Positions 18,694 to 27,220 of a DNA stretch of 64,000 nt are shown here, piece by piece. Position 1 is the first letter of the stretch; each line of letters opens with the position of its first letter. A model generated the notes under the pieces. The model searched no databases, had not been told where the DNA came from, and worked only from the letters and a program-made list of their open reading frames with translations. The DNA comes from Candidatus Staskawiczbacteria bacterium. GTDB lineage: Bacteria; Patescibacteriota; Minisyncoccia; Minisyncoccales; Staskawiczbacteraceae. The stretch lies in the NCBI GenBank assembly GCA_023245155.1, contig JAHFKV010000001.1, forward strand, positions 331,034 through 395,033, read 5' to 3'. Both the position numbers and the translations under genes were made by a program.

Positions 18694-18722
18694 TTGCATT
18701 ATGCATTGGTTACTTTTATAAT
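18694..18722 (+). promoter_or_regulatory. Putative promoter of the methyltransferase gene, overlapped by an inverted repeat
   Basis: TTGCAT (18694-99), 17 nt, TATAAT (18717-22). The imperfect inverted repeats GGTAACC...GGTTAC and TGCAT-T-ATGCA span the -35 box and spacer. Confidence 0.5.
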
Positions 18723-18751
18723 TAAGATGTAATTATTAATTTCATTACATC

Positions 18752-19984
18752 ATGCAAAACTTTTTAACCATCGCAGACGCTTCAGAAATGATTGGTGTTT
18801 CTCCAGATACCATAAGACGATGGGATAAAAAAGGTTTAATAAAATCGCAGCGCTCAGATTTGAATTACAGAGTTTTCAATGTTGAGGAAATTAGAAGGAT
18901 TCACGATAAGGTTTCGGGAAAACCAGAGGAAAATAATTATAAGATATTAAAATCTAACAAAAAAACAAATTATAAGGTAGTTGAATTATTCGCAGGTGCT
19001 GGTGGTACTGCTCTGGGTCTTGAAAATGCAGGATTGCAACATGTTTTTCTGAATGAATACGACAAGAATGCCGTAGAAACTCTTAAAAAAAATCGTCCAG
19101 ATTGGCAGGTGAATCCTGAGGATGTTAGAGATATAAGTTTTAAGGGTATGCAAGCTGATATTGTTGAGGGAGGATTTCCATGTCAAACATTTAGTTTCGC
19201 AGGAAAAAAGATGGGGTTTGGGGATATTAGGGGGACTATGTTTTTTGAATTCGCTCGTGCAGTTGATGAAATTAGGCCTAAAATTGCAATGGGAGAAAAT
19301 GTCCGCGGTCTTTTGCACCATGATGATGGTAAAACTTTGCAAACAATCGTCAAAGTGTTGCAGGATATGGGTTATAGGGTTGCGCATAAGATTTTACGTT
19401 CGCAATATCTTGATGTGCCACAAAAACGTGAAAGGCTTGTTATTCTTGCAATCAGAGATGATCTTACTGCTCCTTTATTATTTCCAAAGGAACAGGATTA
19501 TACAATTTCAATGCGCAATGCACTAGCGAACTGTCCGTCATCTATCGGCCAACAGTATCCACGTAAAAAACGCGAAATAATGGAAATGATACCGGCGGGG
19601 GGATATTGGAAGGATCTGCCTGAAAATTTACAGAAAGATTATATGGGGGCGAGCTATGGAATGGCCGGCGGTAAGACTGGAATGGCTCGTAGGCTTTCTT
19701 GGGATGAGCCAAGTTTAACTCTAACCTGTGCGCCTGCTCAAAAGCAGACTGAGCGATGCCACCCTGAAGAGACACGTCCTTTAACTGTGCGCGAATATGC
19801 TCGAATACAGACATTTCCTGACAATTGGGAGTTTGCTGGTTCTGCAAATGCTCAATATAAGCAGATAGGTAATGCAGTACCAATAAATCTTGGCTATCAT
19901 ATGGGAAAATGCTTGATAGCTATGCTTGGTAATAAGCCTGACTTGGCGACAATGGACGTTGTTGATCCTATAAAATTGATTTAA
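18752..19984 (+). CDS. DNA (cytosine-5)-methyltransferase with an N-terminal MerR-like HTH
   Basis: HTH LTIADASEMIGVSPDTIRRWDKKGLI. Motif I ELFAGAGG, motif IV GGFPCQTFS, motif VI ENVRGL, motif X QIGNAVP. Confidence 0.9.
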   Translation: MQNFLTIADASEMIGVSPDTIRRWDKKGLIKSQRSDLNYRVFNVEEIRRIHDKVSGKPEENNYKILKSNKKTNYKVVELFAGAGGTALGLENAGLQHVFLNEYDKNAVETLKKNRPDWQVNPEDVRDISFKGMQADIVEGGFPCQTFSFAGKKMGFGDIRGTMFFEFARAVDEIRPKIAMGENVRGLLHHDDGKTLQTIVKVLQDMGYRVAHKILRSQYLDVPQKRERLVILAIRDDLTAPLLFPKEQDYTISMRNALANCPSSIGQQYPRKKREIMEMIPAGGYWKDLPENLQKDYMGASYGMAGGKTGMARRLSWDEPSLTLTCAPAQKQTERCHPEETRPLTVREYARIQTFPDNWEFAGSANAQYKQIGNAVPINLGYHMGKCLIAMLGNKPDLATMDVVDPIKLI

Positions 19985-20035
19985 TATTTCGAAGGTGGGA
20001 TAAAACGTTTTTGGATGTATTGAGCACGTAATTTT

Positions 20036-21196
20036 ATGGTAACAGTTAACATTAAAAAACAAACCAATAGCAGCATAACAAAGAATCTATCTTTTGATTT
20101 AGACGATTATACTATTTTCGCAGGAGAGAATAATAGCGGAAAATCAAATCTCATAAGAGCTATAAAAGCAACCCAAGATTCTAATGGCCTAAAGGATTAC
20201 AAAATCATCTATATTTCGGCTGAGAACACGCAACCACAGAAGGAAGAATTGAAATCTTCAGCGTCTAGTACAGAATTCTACAAACTTCTAGAAGATATCT
20301 TGCAGCCTATTTTCGATAAAAAACTGATAAATAGTCTTATTAAAAAATTTGATAAGGCAAGAGAAAGGAAAAAGTTTGTTAAAACTGTTAACAAATTTTT
20401 AAAAGATTTCGGTGTTAGTGATAAAAGCTTTGACGTAAAAATAGAAGGACAAAAGTTCAGTGAAGATCTTATCGTTAAGATTGTTAAGGCTTTCGTAAAT
20501 GATCTTTATAATAGTTTAATCACAGAAGTTGATTTGAATAATATTGGCATGGGTACTCAAAGATTAATTGTTATGGCTCTTATTAAATATTATCAGGAGA
20601 AAAAAATTGAGGCAGATGAAAAGGTATTAATAATTTTTGAAGAGCCGGAAATATATTTGCATCCAAAGTATAAGGAAAGTCTATATCGGTGTTTAGTTAA
20701 ACTTTCTAAAAGAAAGAATACGATGGTTCTAATAACTACTCATGACCCATACTTTATAGAGCTGGGAGAAAAACAAAAAATTTATAAAATATACCGAAGC
20801 GATGTCCTCACCGACCAACATGCAACTGACATAATAGTTGTCGATAGTGGGAAAACTTTACCGTATAAATCATATTCAGAGATTAATTACAAGATATTTG
20901 GTTTGGCAAGTGAAGCCTATTTCTTAGAGCTTTATGAATATGCAAAGAGAAAAGTTGCAAAGTTTATGGGGAAGAAAGAACTCGATTTTGCGTACCATGA
21001 ATTTGACTTGCTTATGTTTTATCCATATTTAGATGGCCTTGGATTACAACAAAATTATAAGGACGATCGAGGTAATGATGTAACCCCTCTTACCATTTTG
21101 AGGCACATTTTGGCACATGGCAAGAGAAAAAAATACCCTATTGCAAAAAACGAAGCAGTAAAATATCTTGTTGGTTTTGTAGGTTTTATAAACTAA
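20036..21196 (+). CDS. ABC/OLD-type (AAA_15/21-like) ATPase with an uncharacterised C-terminal domain
   Basis: Walker A GENNSGKS, signature-like GMGTQRL, Walker B LIIFEEPEIYLHP, H-loop ITTHD. I do not recognise the roughly 130-aa C-terminus. Confidence 0.65.
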   Translation: MVTVNIKKQTNSSITKNLSFDLDDYTIFAGENNSGKSNLIRAIKATQDSNGLKDYKIIYISAENTQPQKEELKSSASSTEFYKLLEDILQPIFDKKLINSLIKKFDKARERKKFVKTVNKFLKDFGVSDKSFDVKIEGQKFSEDLIVKIVKAFVNDLYNSLITEVDLNNIGMGTQRLIVMALIKYYQEKKIEADEKVLIIFEEPEIYLHPKYKESLYRCLVKLSKRKNTMVLITTHDPYFIELGEKQKIYKIYRSDVLTDQHATDIIVVDSGKTLPYKSYSEINYKIFGLASEAYFLELYEYAKRKVAKFMGKKELDFAYHEFDLLMFYPYLDGLGLQQNYKDDRGNDVTPLTILRHILAHGKRKKYPIAKNEAVKYLVGFVGFIN

Positions 21197-21213
21197 AAAT
21201 TTTAAAGAATAGC

Positions 21214-21285
21214 ATGGAAGGATACGACCTAATTGTAATCGGTGGTGGGGCATCGGGGATGATGGCGTTGGGAAGGTTGCGTTAA
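21214..21285 (+). pseudogene. 23-codon stump of a HI0933-like/FAD-dependent oxidoreductase
   Basis: Translates to MEGYDLIVIGGGASGMMALGRLR*, which is a dinucleotide-binding GxGxxG N-terminus followed by a premature stop. Confidence 0.6.
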
Positions 21286-21289
21286 GAAA

Positions 21290-21847
21290 ATGACCACGAG
21301 AAAAATATTTTTGATAATTATTGGATTACTGGCAGTGCAGGCGGGAGTGCTTTGGCTGTTTGGCCAGCCGGCTATTTGCACCTGCGGGTACGTGAAGGTC
21401 TGGGAGGGAGTGGTGCTTAGCAGCGGCAATTCGCAGCATTTGACTGATTGGTATACGTTTTCACATATTATTCATGGGTTTTTATTTTATTTGTTATTGT
21501 GGCTGGTGTTCCCCAAAATGCCATTTTGGAAAAGGTTGCTGATTACCGCGGGCATTGAAATCGCCTGGGAGCTGATTGAAAACACGCCCATGGTTATTGA
21601 TCACTACCGCCAGCAGGCCTTGGCCCAGGGATACACGGGTGACAGTATTATTAATTCGGTTTTTGACACGCTGGCCATGATTGGCGGGTTTGTGCTGGCA
21701 AGAAAATGGCCTGTTTGGAGCATTGTTGTCATTGGGGTGGGGCTGGAATTGTTTACCGGGTTCATGATCCGCGACGGCCTGGCGCTAAATGTGTTAAACT
21801 TAATTCATGTCTTTCCGGCGGTTTCGCGCTGGCAGGCGGGAGGGTAG
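21290..21847 (+). CDS. DUF2585/UPF0314-like membrane protein
   Basis: GQPAICTCGYVKVWEG...SQHLTDWYTFSHIIHGF and 4-5 TM helices. Confidence 0.5.
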   Translation: MTTRKIFLIIIGLLAVQAGVLWLFGQPAICTCGYVKVWEGVVLSSGNSQHLTDWYTFSHIIHGFLFYLLLWLVFPKMPFWKRLLITAGIEIAWELIENTPMVIDHYRQQALAQGYTGDSIINSVFDTLAMIGGFVLARKWPVWSIVVIGVGLELFTGFMIRDGLALNVLNLIHVFPAVSRWQAGG

Positions 21848-21861
21848 CAGCTTATATATTT

Positions 21862-22263
21862 ATGAAACAAAAACGAACTATCAAAGAACACATTACTCCG
21901 AGCATCTGGCTAATCAGGTACTTCTTTTTTGCCGTGGGCATTGTGGCGACGATTGCCTATCGTATTACGCCATTTTTACAACCGGCTGCAGTGAAAGTTT
22001 GCTGGTATGTGGGCACGATTGGATTTATTTTGTATTTCTGGCACCGCAGCCACATTGATGCCAAACGGGTCAAGCTCATTAAAGAATTTGATTTGGTGGG
22101 CGCAGTAGAGCAGAGCAGTTTGCAGGGCGAACAAAAAGAGGCGGTGGCATACTTGATAAAAACCAGTTTGACTTCCAAGACACGCTGGAATTCTCTGTTC
22201 ATTGTGGTGGCATCGGCGGTGGCTCTCGTTGGTGCCATACTGGTTGATCTGCACGTTTTTTAA
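21862..22263 (+). CDS. Small membrane protein; function unknown
   Basis: I moved the start to the ATG at 21862 (MKQKRTI) because the longer ORF overlaps the upstream CDS. It has three hydrophobic helices. Confidence 0.5.
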   Translation: MKQKRTIKEHITPSIWLIRYFFFAVGIVATIAYRITPFLQPAAVKVCWYVGTIGFILYFWHRSHIDAKRVKLIKEFDLVGAVEQSSLQGEQKEAVAYLIKTSLTSKTRWNSLFIVVASAVALVGAILVDLHVF

Positions 22264-22269
22264 TTTTTC

Positions 22270-22298
22270 TTGACTAGGTTGCCGCAAGGGACTAATAT
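22270..22298 (+). promoter_or_regulatory. Near-consensus promoter of GC-rich mini-cassette A
   Basis: TTGACT (22270-75), 17 nt, TAATAT (22293-98). Confidence 0.6.
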
Positions 22299-22364
22299 GG
22301 TATTACAACTTCCGTGTGGGACGGATGGTTGTTGGAATAGTTCCTTCTTCGCGGAGCGCTTATC

Positions 22365-22607
22365 ATGACCACGATTGTTGAGGAAACCAGTGTTCGTCAA
22401 TGGGTGAAATTCGATGTCACCATCGATAATCAGCTGGCGCAACTGCTGATGGCCGAAATCAATGGCGATCTCAACCGTTTCGGGACTTGGCAAATTTACG
22501 GGGAAGGTTACTCGTTCGATCAGATGGTGCGGCACTATCTGAGTACGGGAGCCTTTGGGAGACTCCTCAAGTCTTACCGTCTGGTATTTGTCAGGCAGCA
22601 GGCGTGA
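22365..22607 (+). CDS. 80-aa protein of unknown function (GC-rich mini-cassette A)
   Basis: GGAG lies 8 nt upstream of the ATG. The ORF is bracketed by a plus-strand promoter and terminator. Confidence 0.5.
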   Translation: MTTIVEETSVRQWVKFDVTIDNQLAQLLMAEINGDLNRFGTWQIYGEGYSFDQMVRHYLSTGAFGRLLKSYRLVFVRQQA

Positions 22608-22620
22608 TCCTTCGTTCTGA

Positions 22621-22655
22621 ATCGTCCAGGTAGGCATTACCTGGACGATTTTTTG
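22621..22655 (+). terminator. Intrinsic terminator
   Basis: ATCGTCCAGGTA / GGCAT / TACCTGGACGAT followed by TTTTTTG. Confidence 0.85.
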
Positions 22656-22697
22656 TTTTTCTATAAAAATGTGCTATTTTTTGGTATTATTAATGCA

Positions 22698-23390
22698 ATG
22701 AAACTACATCGGTTTATTGGGGATTACAATTTGGTTTCTGACCAGGTGGAAATTACAGATATTCAGGTATTAAAGCAAATGAAAAATGTGCTGCGATTAA
22801 AAATCGGTGAGCAGATCTTATTGTGTGACAGAGAGGGAAACGAAGTGCTGGCAAAAATTATAGCTTTTGTAAAAGCTGGCGTAAGCTTACGTGTTTTAGA
22901 GAAAATGGAGAATAAAAACGAGCCGTTAAGGCGCGTGACACTTTATTGCGCGGTGTTAAAGCGCGAGAATTTTGAGTTGGTTTGCCAGAAGGCCACGGAA
23001 ATTGGGGTGAAGGAAATTGTGCCCGTAATTACCAAGCGGACGGTGAAGTTAAATTTAAATTTGGAACGATTGCAAAAGATTATGAAAGAAGCAGCAGAGC
23101 AAAGTGGGCGCCAGATTGTGCCGGTGTTGCACGAGCCGGTTGAATTTGGGGAGGCTATTGAGCATGCCAGGAAAAATGAAGTAAATTATTTTTTTGATAT
23201 TGATGGATCCGCCTTCGTTGAAACTTTAACGGGCACAGCCGGCCTTTTTATAGGAGCTGAAGGCGGTTGGGATGATTCAGAAGTCAAAGCAGTTAAAAAG
23301 GCTGGTTTTCAAATCACCACTCTTGGCAAACTCACGTTACGCGCGGAAACAGCCGCCTTGGTGGCCAGCTATTTAGTAATTGGCCAATGA
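22698..23390 (+). CDS. rsmE: 16S rRNA (uracil1498-N3)-methyltransferase RsmE
   Basis: MKLHRFI start, a PUA-like N-terminus, and the C-terminal SPOUT motifs LFIGAEGGW and LRAETAA. The TTG at 22653 lies inside the terminator, so I rejected it. Confidence 0.85.
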   Translation: MKLHRFIGDYNLVSDQVEITDIQVLKQMKNVLRLKIGEQILLCDREGNEVLAKIIAFVKAGVSLRVLEKMENKNEPLRRVTLYCAVLKRENFELVCQKATEIGVKEIVPVITKRTVKLNLNLERLQKIMKEAAEQSGRQIVPVLHEPVEFGEAIEHARKNEVNYFFDIDGSAFVETLTGTAGLFIGAEGGWDDSEVKAVKKAGFQITTLGKLTLRAETAALVASYLVIGQ

Positions 23391-24490
23391 AATCTTTTAT
23401 TAATTCCTACTACAACCGGGTTAAAAATCTCTATCTGAAATATGAGCATTTGCTGATGTCTGTCACTTTAGTGGGTGGGTTTTTGTTTGATTTCATCTTG
23501 TTTGTCCATATTGATATTCCATTTAAATTCGCGGTACTGACGGTGTATTGGATTGTTGCGGGTCTGGCCATTGCTTTTATGCAGTTGTATGACGCTGGGA
23601 AAATTTCCGAGCGGTTTAAGTATTTACAGTTGTTTATGCCTCTGGCCCTGCAGTGGACGTTTGGAGGATTATTGAATATTTCTCTGATTTTTTATTGGTT
23701 TTCTTCGGCCTTTTCCGTCAGCTGGCCGTTGCTTGCCGCTACGGTTGCCTTGTTGCTGTTCAATGACCGGTTCCGTCACCAATTTTCAAGGCCCTTGGTA
23801 CAAATTGGCGTTTACTTTTTTGTTACCCTTGCCCTATTTTCTTTGGTGTTGCCGTTTTGGTTTGCCTCAGTAAGTGCTTGGTTGTTTATAGCAGCCACGG
23901 CAGCCAGTGTTATTATTTTTGCCATTTACATTTATGGTTTGGCATTTTTGGCCGGTCGCCTACGTTCTTCAACCCACCAGCTTTTTATTTTAGTTATTAT
24001 TATTGCTGCGATTATGCAAGTGTTGTATTTCACCAATATTATTCCGCCCATTCCTTTGGCTATGCGTGAAGCCGGGCTTTATCACAGCTTGCATATTACC
24101 GGTGGGAAATACACCATGCAAGCTGAGCCTGAAAGCCTTTGGCAAGATTTACAAGATGCTGTGTTCGGGCAAACGGTGCATGTGGTTCCCGGTGAAAAGA
24201 TATATTTATATACGGCCATTTTTGCCCCGGCCAATTTAAAAACTACCATTGTTCACCATTGGCAATATTATGATGAGGGCCAAAAGAAATGGGTTGATCA
24301 GGGGGATTTGTCATTTGCTATTAACGGGGGGCGCCCCGAAGGTTACAAGGGTTATTCCTGGCAAACGAATTTGGCGGCAGGCAAGTGGCGGGTGTATGTT
24401 GAGAATCAGCGCGGGCAGGTGTTAGCCCGGGTACGGTTTACGGTTGAAAAAGTTGAGGCGCCAGTGGAATTGCAAGAAATAATAAGGTAA
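23387..24490 (+). CDS. Polytopic membrane protein with a C-terminal soluble beta-rich domain (DUF2914-like)
   Basis: About 8 TM helices, then HHWQYYDEGQKKWVDQGDLSF...GKWRVYVENQRGQVLARVRFTV. Confidence 0.4.
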   Translation: MKSFINSYYNRVKNLYLKYEHLLMSVTLVGGFLFDFILFVHIDIPFKFAVLTVYWIVAGLAIAFMQLYDAGKISERFKYLQLFMPLALQWTFGGLLNISLIFYWFSSAFSVSWPLLAATVALLLFNDRFRHQFSRPLVQIGVYFFVTLALFSLVLPFWFASVSAWLFIAATAASVIIFAIYIYGLAFLAGRLRSSTHQLFILVIIIAAIMQVLYFTNIIPPIPLAMREAGLYHSLHITGGKYTMQAEPESLWQDLQDAVFGQTVHVVPGEKIYLYTAIFAPANLKTTIVHHWQYYDEGQKKWVDQGDLSFAINGGRPEGYKGYSWQTNLAAGKWRVYVENQRGQVLARVRFTVEKVEAPVELQEIIR

Positions 24491-24499
24491 AGTAATCCC

Positions 24500-25345
24500 A
24501 TGGTACAACAAGATAAATACAGTGCAGTGTGGGTGAGCCATAGCTCGATTAATGATTTCTTAAAATGTCCGCGGGCTTATTTTTTACATAATGTTTACAA
24601 AAATGAGCGGAACAAGAAAATTAATATCGTAAACCCGCATTTGTCGTTGGGCATTGCCGTGCACGAAACGCTGGAAGGTTTATTGGCTTACGGGGCAGGG
24701 GACCGGTTTAAAAAACCGTTACTGCAAACATTTGAAGAAAATTGGGCCAAAATTTCAGGTAAAGTCGGCGGGTTTAAAAACGCGCAAGAAGAAATGGAAG
24801 TTAAGGCGCGCGCTAAAAAAATGATAGAGCGGGTAACGGAAAATCCCGGGCCCTTGGAAAAACTGGCGGTTAAATTGGCGGCGCATGCCAATGATATGCC
24901 CCCGAATTTTTATTTGTCAGAAAAAGATAACATCATTTTAAGCGGCAAAATTGACTGGTTAGAATATGTGCCCGAAGACGATTCAGTGCGGGTGATTGAT
25001 TTTAAAACCGGCAAGAACGATGAAGATAAAGATTCGCTGCAGCTGCCGATTTACGCCTTATTGTTGAATGCTTTGCAGAAACGCAAGGTTTCTGGAGCGG
25101 CATATTGGTACATTGACCGGAATAATGAACCAACCGAAGTGCCATTGCCGGATTTATTAACCTCAAAAAACCGGGTGCTGGAAGTGGCGCTAAAAATAAA
25201 AGAAGCCCGGGAAAAACAAGCATTTGCCTGCCCTCATGGAGAAAAGGGATGTTTTGCCTGCAAACCATTTGAAAAAATTCTGAGAGGGGAGGCAGAATTA
25301 GTGAAGGTGGATGAAGCCAGAAAAACGGAGTTGTATATGGTGTAA
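24500..25345 (+). CDS. PD-(D/E)XK nuclease, Cas4/RecB-like, with putative Fe-S cysteines
   Basis: N-terminal CPRAYF, core GKIDW...VIDFKTGK, QLPIYALLL, C-terminal CPHGEKGCFAC. Confidence 0.7.
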   Translation: MVQQDKYSAVWVSHSSINDFLKCPRAYFLHNVYKNERNKKINIVNPHLSLGIAVHETLEGLLAYGAGDRFKKPLLQTFEENWAKISGKVGGFKNAQEEMEVKARAKKMIERVTENPGPLEKLAVKLAAHANDMPPNFYLSEKDNIILSGKIDWLEYVPEDDSVRVIDFKTGKNDEDKDSLQLPIYALLLNALQKRKVSGAAYWYIDRNNEPTEVPLPDLLTSKNRVLEVALKIKEAREKQAFACPHGEKGCFACKPFEKILRGEAELVKVDEARKTELYMV

Positions 25346-25348
25346 ATA

Positions 25349-26605
25349 ATGAATCAAGAGCAAGCGCTGGAAATTTTAAAACGGGGGCACAATGTTTTTT
25401 TGACCGGTTCGCCAGGAGCGGGGAAGACTTTTTTGTTGAATAAATTTATTGACTATTTGCGGGGAACAGAAAAAGTGGTGGCTGTTACAGCCTCAACGGG
25501 TATTGCCGCCACGCATATGAACGGGGTAACGCTGCATTCGTGGAGCGGCCTGGGGATTAAAGAACATGTTACAGACCAGGAAATCCGGGCATTGATAAAA
25601 CGTAAATATCTTTTCAAGCGCATTCGTAAAACCAATGTGTTGATTATTGACGAAGTTTCCATGCTCAAACCCTCCCAGTTTGACGCGGTGGATAAAATTT
25701 GCCAGTATTTCAAAGCCAGTTTTCTGCCGTTTGGGGGCATGCAGGTGGTGTTGTCGGGGGACTTTTTTCAGTTGCCGCCCATTGAAAAGTCTGGCCAAGT
25801 GCATTTTATTACCGAATCTGCCGCCTGGAAACGTCTGGATGTAAAAGTCTGTTATTTGCAAGAACAGTTCCGTCACAATGACAAAAAGTTAGCTCTGTTG
25901 CTGCAATCCATCCGGGAAAATAATATTGAAACATCAAAGGCGCTTCTGGCGGCCGGGTCCGCGGTTTTGGGCGCCGCGGCGCCCAAAACGGCCACCAAAC
26001 TTTACACCCACAATGTGGATGTAGATGCCATTAATGCAGATGAGTTAGAAAAAATACCAGAAGAAGAAATCAAATATGAAATGCAATCATATGGCAAGCA
26101 AGAAGTGGCTGATGTTTTAAAAAAGAGCTGCCTGGCACCCGAACTTTTGGTTTTGAAAAAGGGGGCGCAAGTTATGTTTATAAAAAATAATTTTGATGAA
26201 GGCTATGTTAATGGTACTCAGGGTAAGGTAATTGACTTTGATGCAATGGGCAATCCGATTATTGAAACGCTTTCGGGGGCGAAAGTATCCGCTTCAAAAG
26301 TTTCCTGGAGAATAGAAGAGGAAGGCAAGGTACTGGCGGAAATCACGCAATTGCCGCTGCGCCTGGCCTGGGCAATTACGGTGCATAAAAGCCAGGGCAT
26401 GAATTTAGATGCTGCACAGATTGATTTATCGAAGTGTTTTATTAAAGGCATGGGATATGTAGCGCTCAGCAGATTGCGTTCGTTTGAGGGACTGCACGTG
26501 GTGGGAATCAACGATATGGCCTTTTGTGTTAATGAAGAAGCAGTTGACCTAGATAGCCAATTGCAGCAGGGTTCGGCTCAAACCTTAAAGCTCTTGGGGG
26601 CCTAG
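25349..26605 (+). CDS. Pif1/RecD-family SF1 DNA helicase
   Basis: Walker A GSPGAGKT, LIIDEVSML, GDFFQLPPI, ITVHKSQG. Confidence 0.85.
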   Translation: MNQEQALEILKRGHNVFLTGSPGAGKTFLLNKFIDYLRGTEKVVAVTASTGIAATHMNGVTLHSWSGLGIKEHVTDQEIRALIKRKYLFKRIRKTNVLIIDEVSMLKPSQFDAVDKICQYFKASFLPFGGMQVVLSGDFFQLPPIEKSGQVHFITESAAWKRLDVKVCYLQEQFRHNDKKLALLLQSIRENNIETSKALLAAGSAVLGAAAPKTATKLYTHNVDVDAINADELEKIPEEEIKYEMQSYGKQEVADVLKKSCLAPELLVLKKGAQVMFIKNNFDEGYVNGTQGKVIDFDAMGNPIIETLSGAKVSASKVSWRIEEEGKVLAEITQLPLRLAWAITVHKSQGMNLDAAQIDLSKCFIKGMGYVALSRLRSFEGLHVVGINDMAFCVNEEAVDLDSQLQQGSAQTLKLLGA

Positions 26606-26691
26606 GCGCGCCACTTGCCTTTGATGATTTTTGTGGTAGATTATAACTAGGTCTTTTGGCCACCAATTCACTCTTACCGAGGTAGCTTGCC

Positions 26692-26940
26692 ATGATTTGC
26701 CTTCACGAGCATACTTTGCACAAGTCTCTTGCGCTAGATGACTTCAGAAAAGCTTTCATGGAGAGGATCCCTGAAGGCGAAGTCGTCTTGCAAGAGCAGG
26801 ATGATACCGGCGAATGGAGATGGTTTCTGCACATCTTCTTCCCGGAAGAAAAAAGAGCGGATTTCTTCCGATTTCTGGAAGAATACGCGGCGCTTCACGG
26901 ATGTACGGTGCAACAGGGCTTTAATATGGCCCAGAAGTAA
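26692..26940 (+). CDS. 82-aa protein of unknown function (GC-rich mini-cassette B)
   Basis: GAGG lies 9 nt upstream of the ATG and a terminator follows. Acidic with Trp/Phe-rich stretches. Confidence 0.45.
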   Translation: MICLHEHTLHKSLALDDFRKAFMERIPEGEVVLQEQDDTGEWRWFLHIFFPEEKRADFFRFLEEYAALHGCTVQQGFNMAQK

Positions 26941-26971
26941 GCTGCTAAAAAGACGCCAAGGGAGACACCAG

Positions 26972-27003
26972 GGGGAGTTCAGAGATCTCCCCTTGTTTTT
27001 TTG
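26972..27003 (+). terminator. Intrinsic terminator
   Basis: GGGGAG / TTCAGAGAT / CTCCCC followed by TTGTTTTTTTGTTTTTTTT. Confidence 0.75.
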
Positions 27004-27128
27004 TTTTTTTTATGGTAAAAATACGGCATGCGTAAAGTGCATCATCGCGCCCTGGAGGAATAGTACCTCGGCGGTCTCATAAGCCGCAGGTCCCCGTGCA
27101 ATTCGGGGGGGCGCAACAAATTTTGCGC

Positions 27129-27202
27129 GCCGGGGTAGCTCAGTTGGCAAGAGCGCCACACTCATAACGTGGAGGTCGAGAGTTCGAATCTCTCCCTCGG
27201 CA
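27129..27202 (+). tRNA. tRNA with CAT anticodon (elongator Met, or Ile2 if lysidinylated)
   Basis: Hand-folded cloverleaf: acceptor GCCGGGG/CCTCGGC, D arm GCTC..GAGC, anticodon loop CTCATAA, T arm GAGAG-TTCGAAT-CTCTC. It lacks the initiator hallmarks (3 GC pairs in the anticodon stem, 1:72 mismatch). Confidence 0.85.
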
Positions 27203-27220
27203 CCGGCAGTAATAACACAT

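Noticed and set aside
22260-22637. 125-aa minus-strand ORF overlapping mini-cassette A
   Set aside because: The promoter (22270-98) and terminator (22621-55) are both oriented for the plus strand, so I preferred the 80-aa plus-strand ORF. The coding strand remains unproven.
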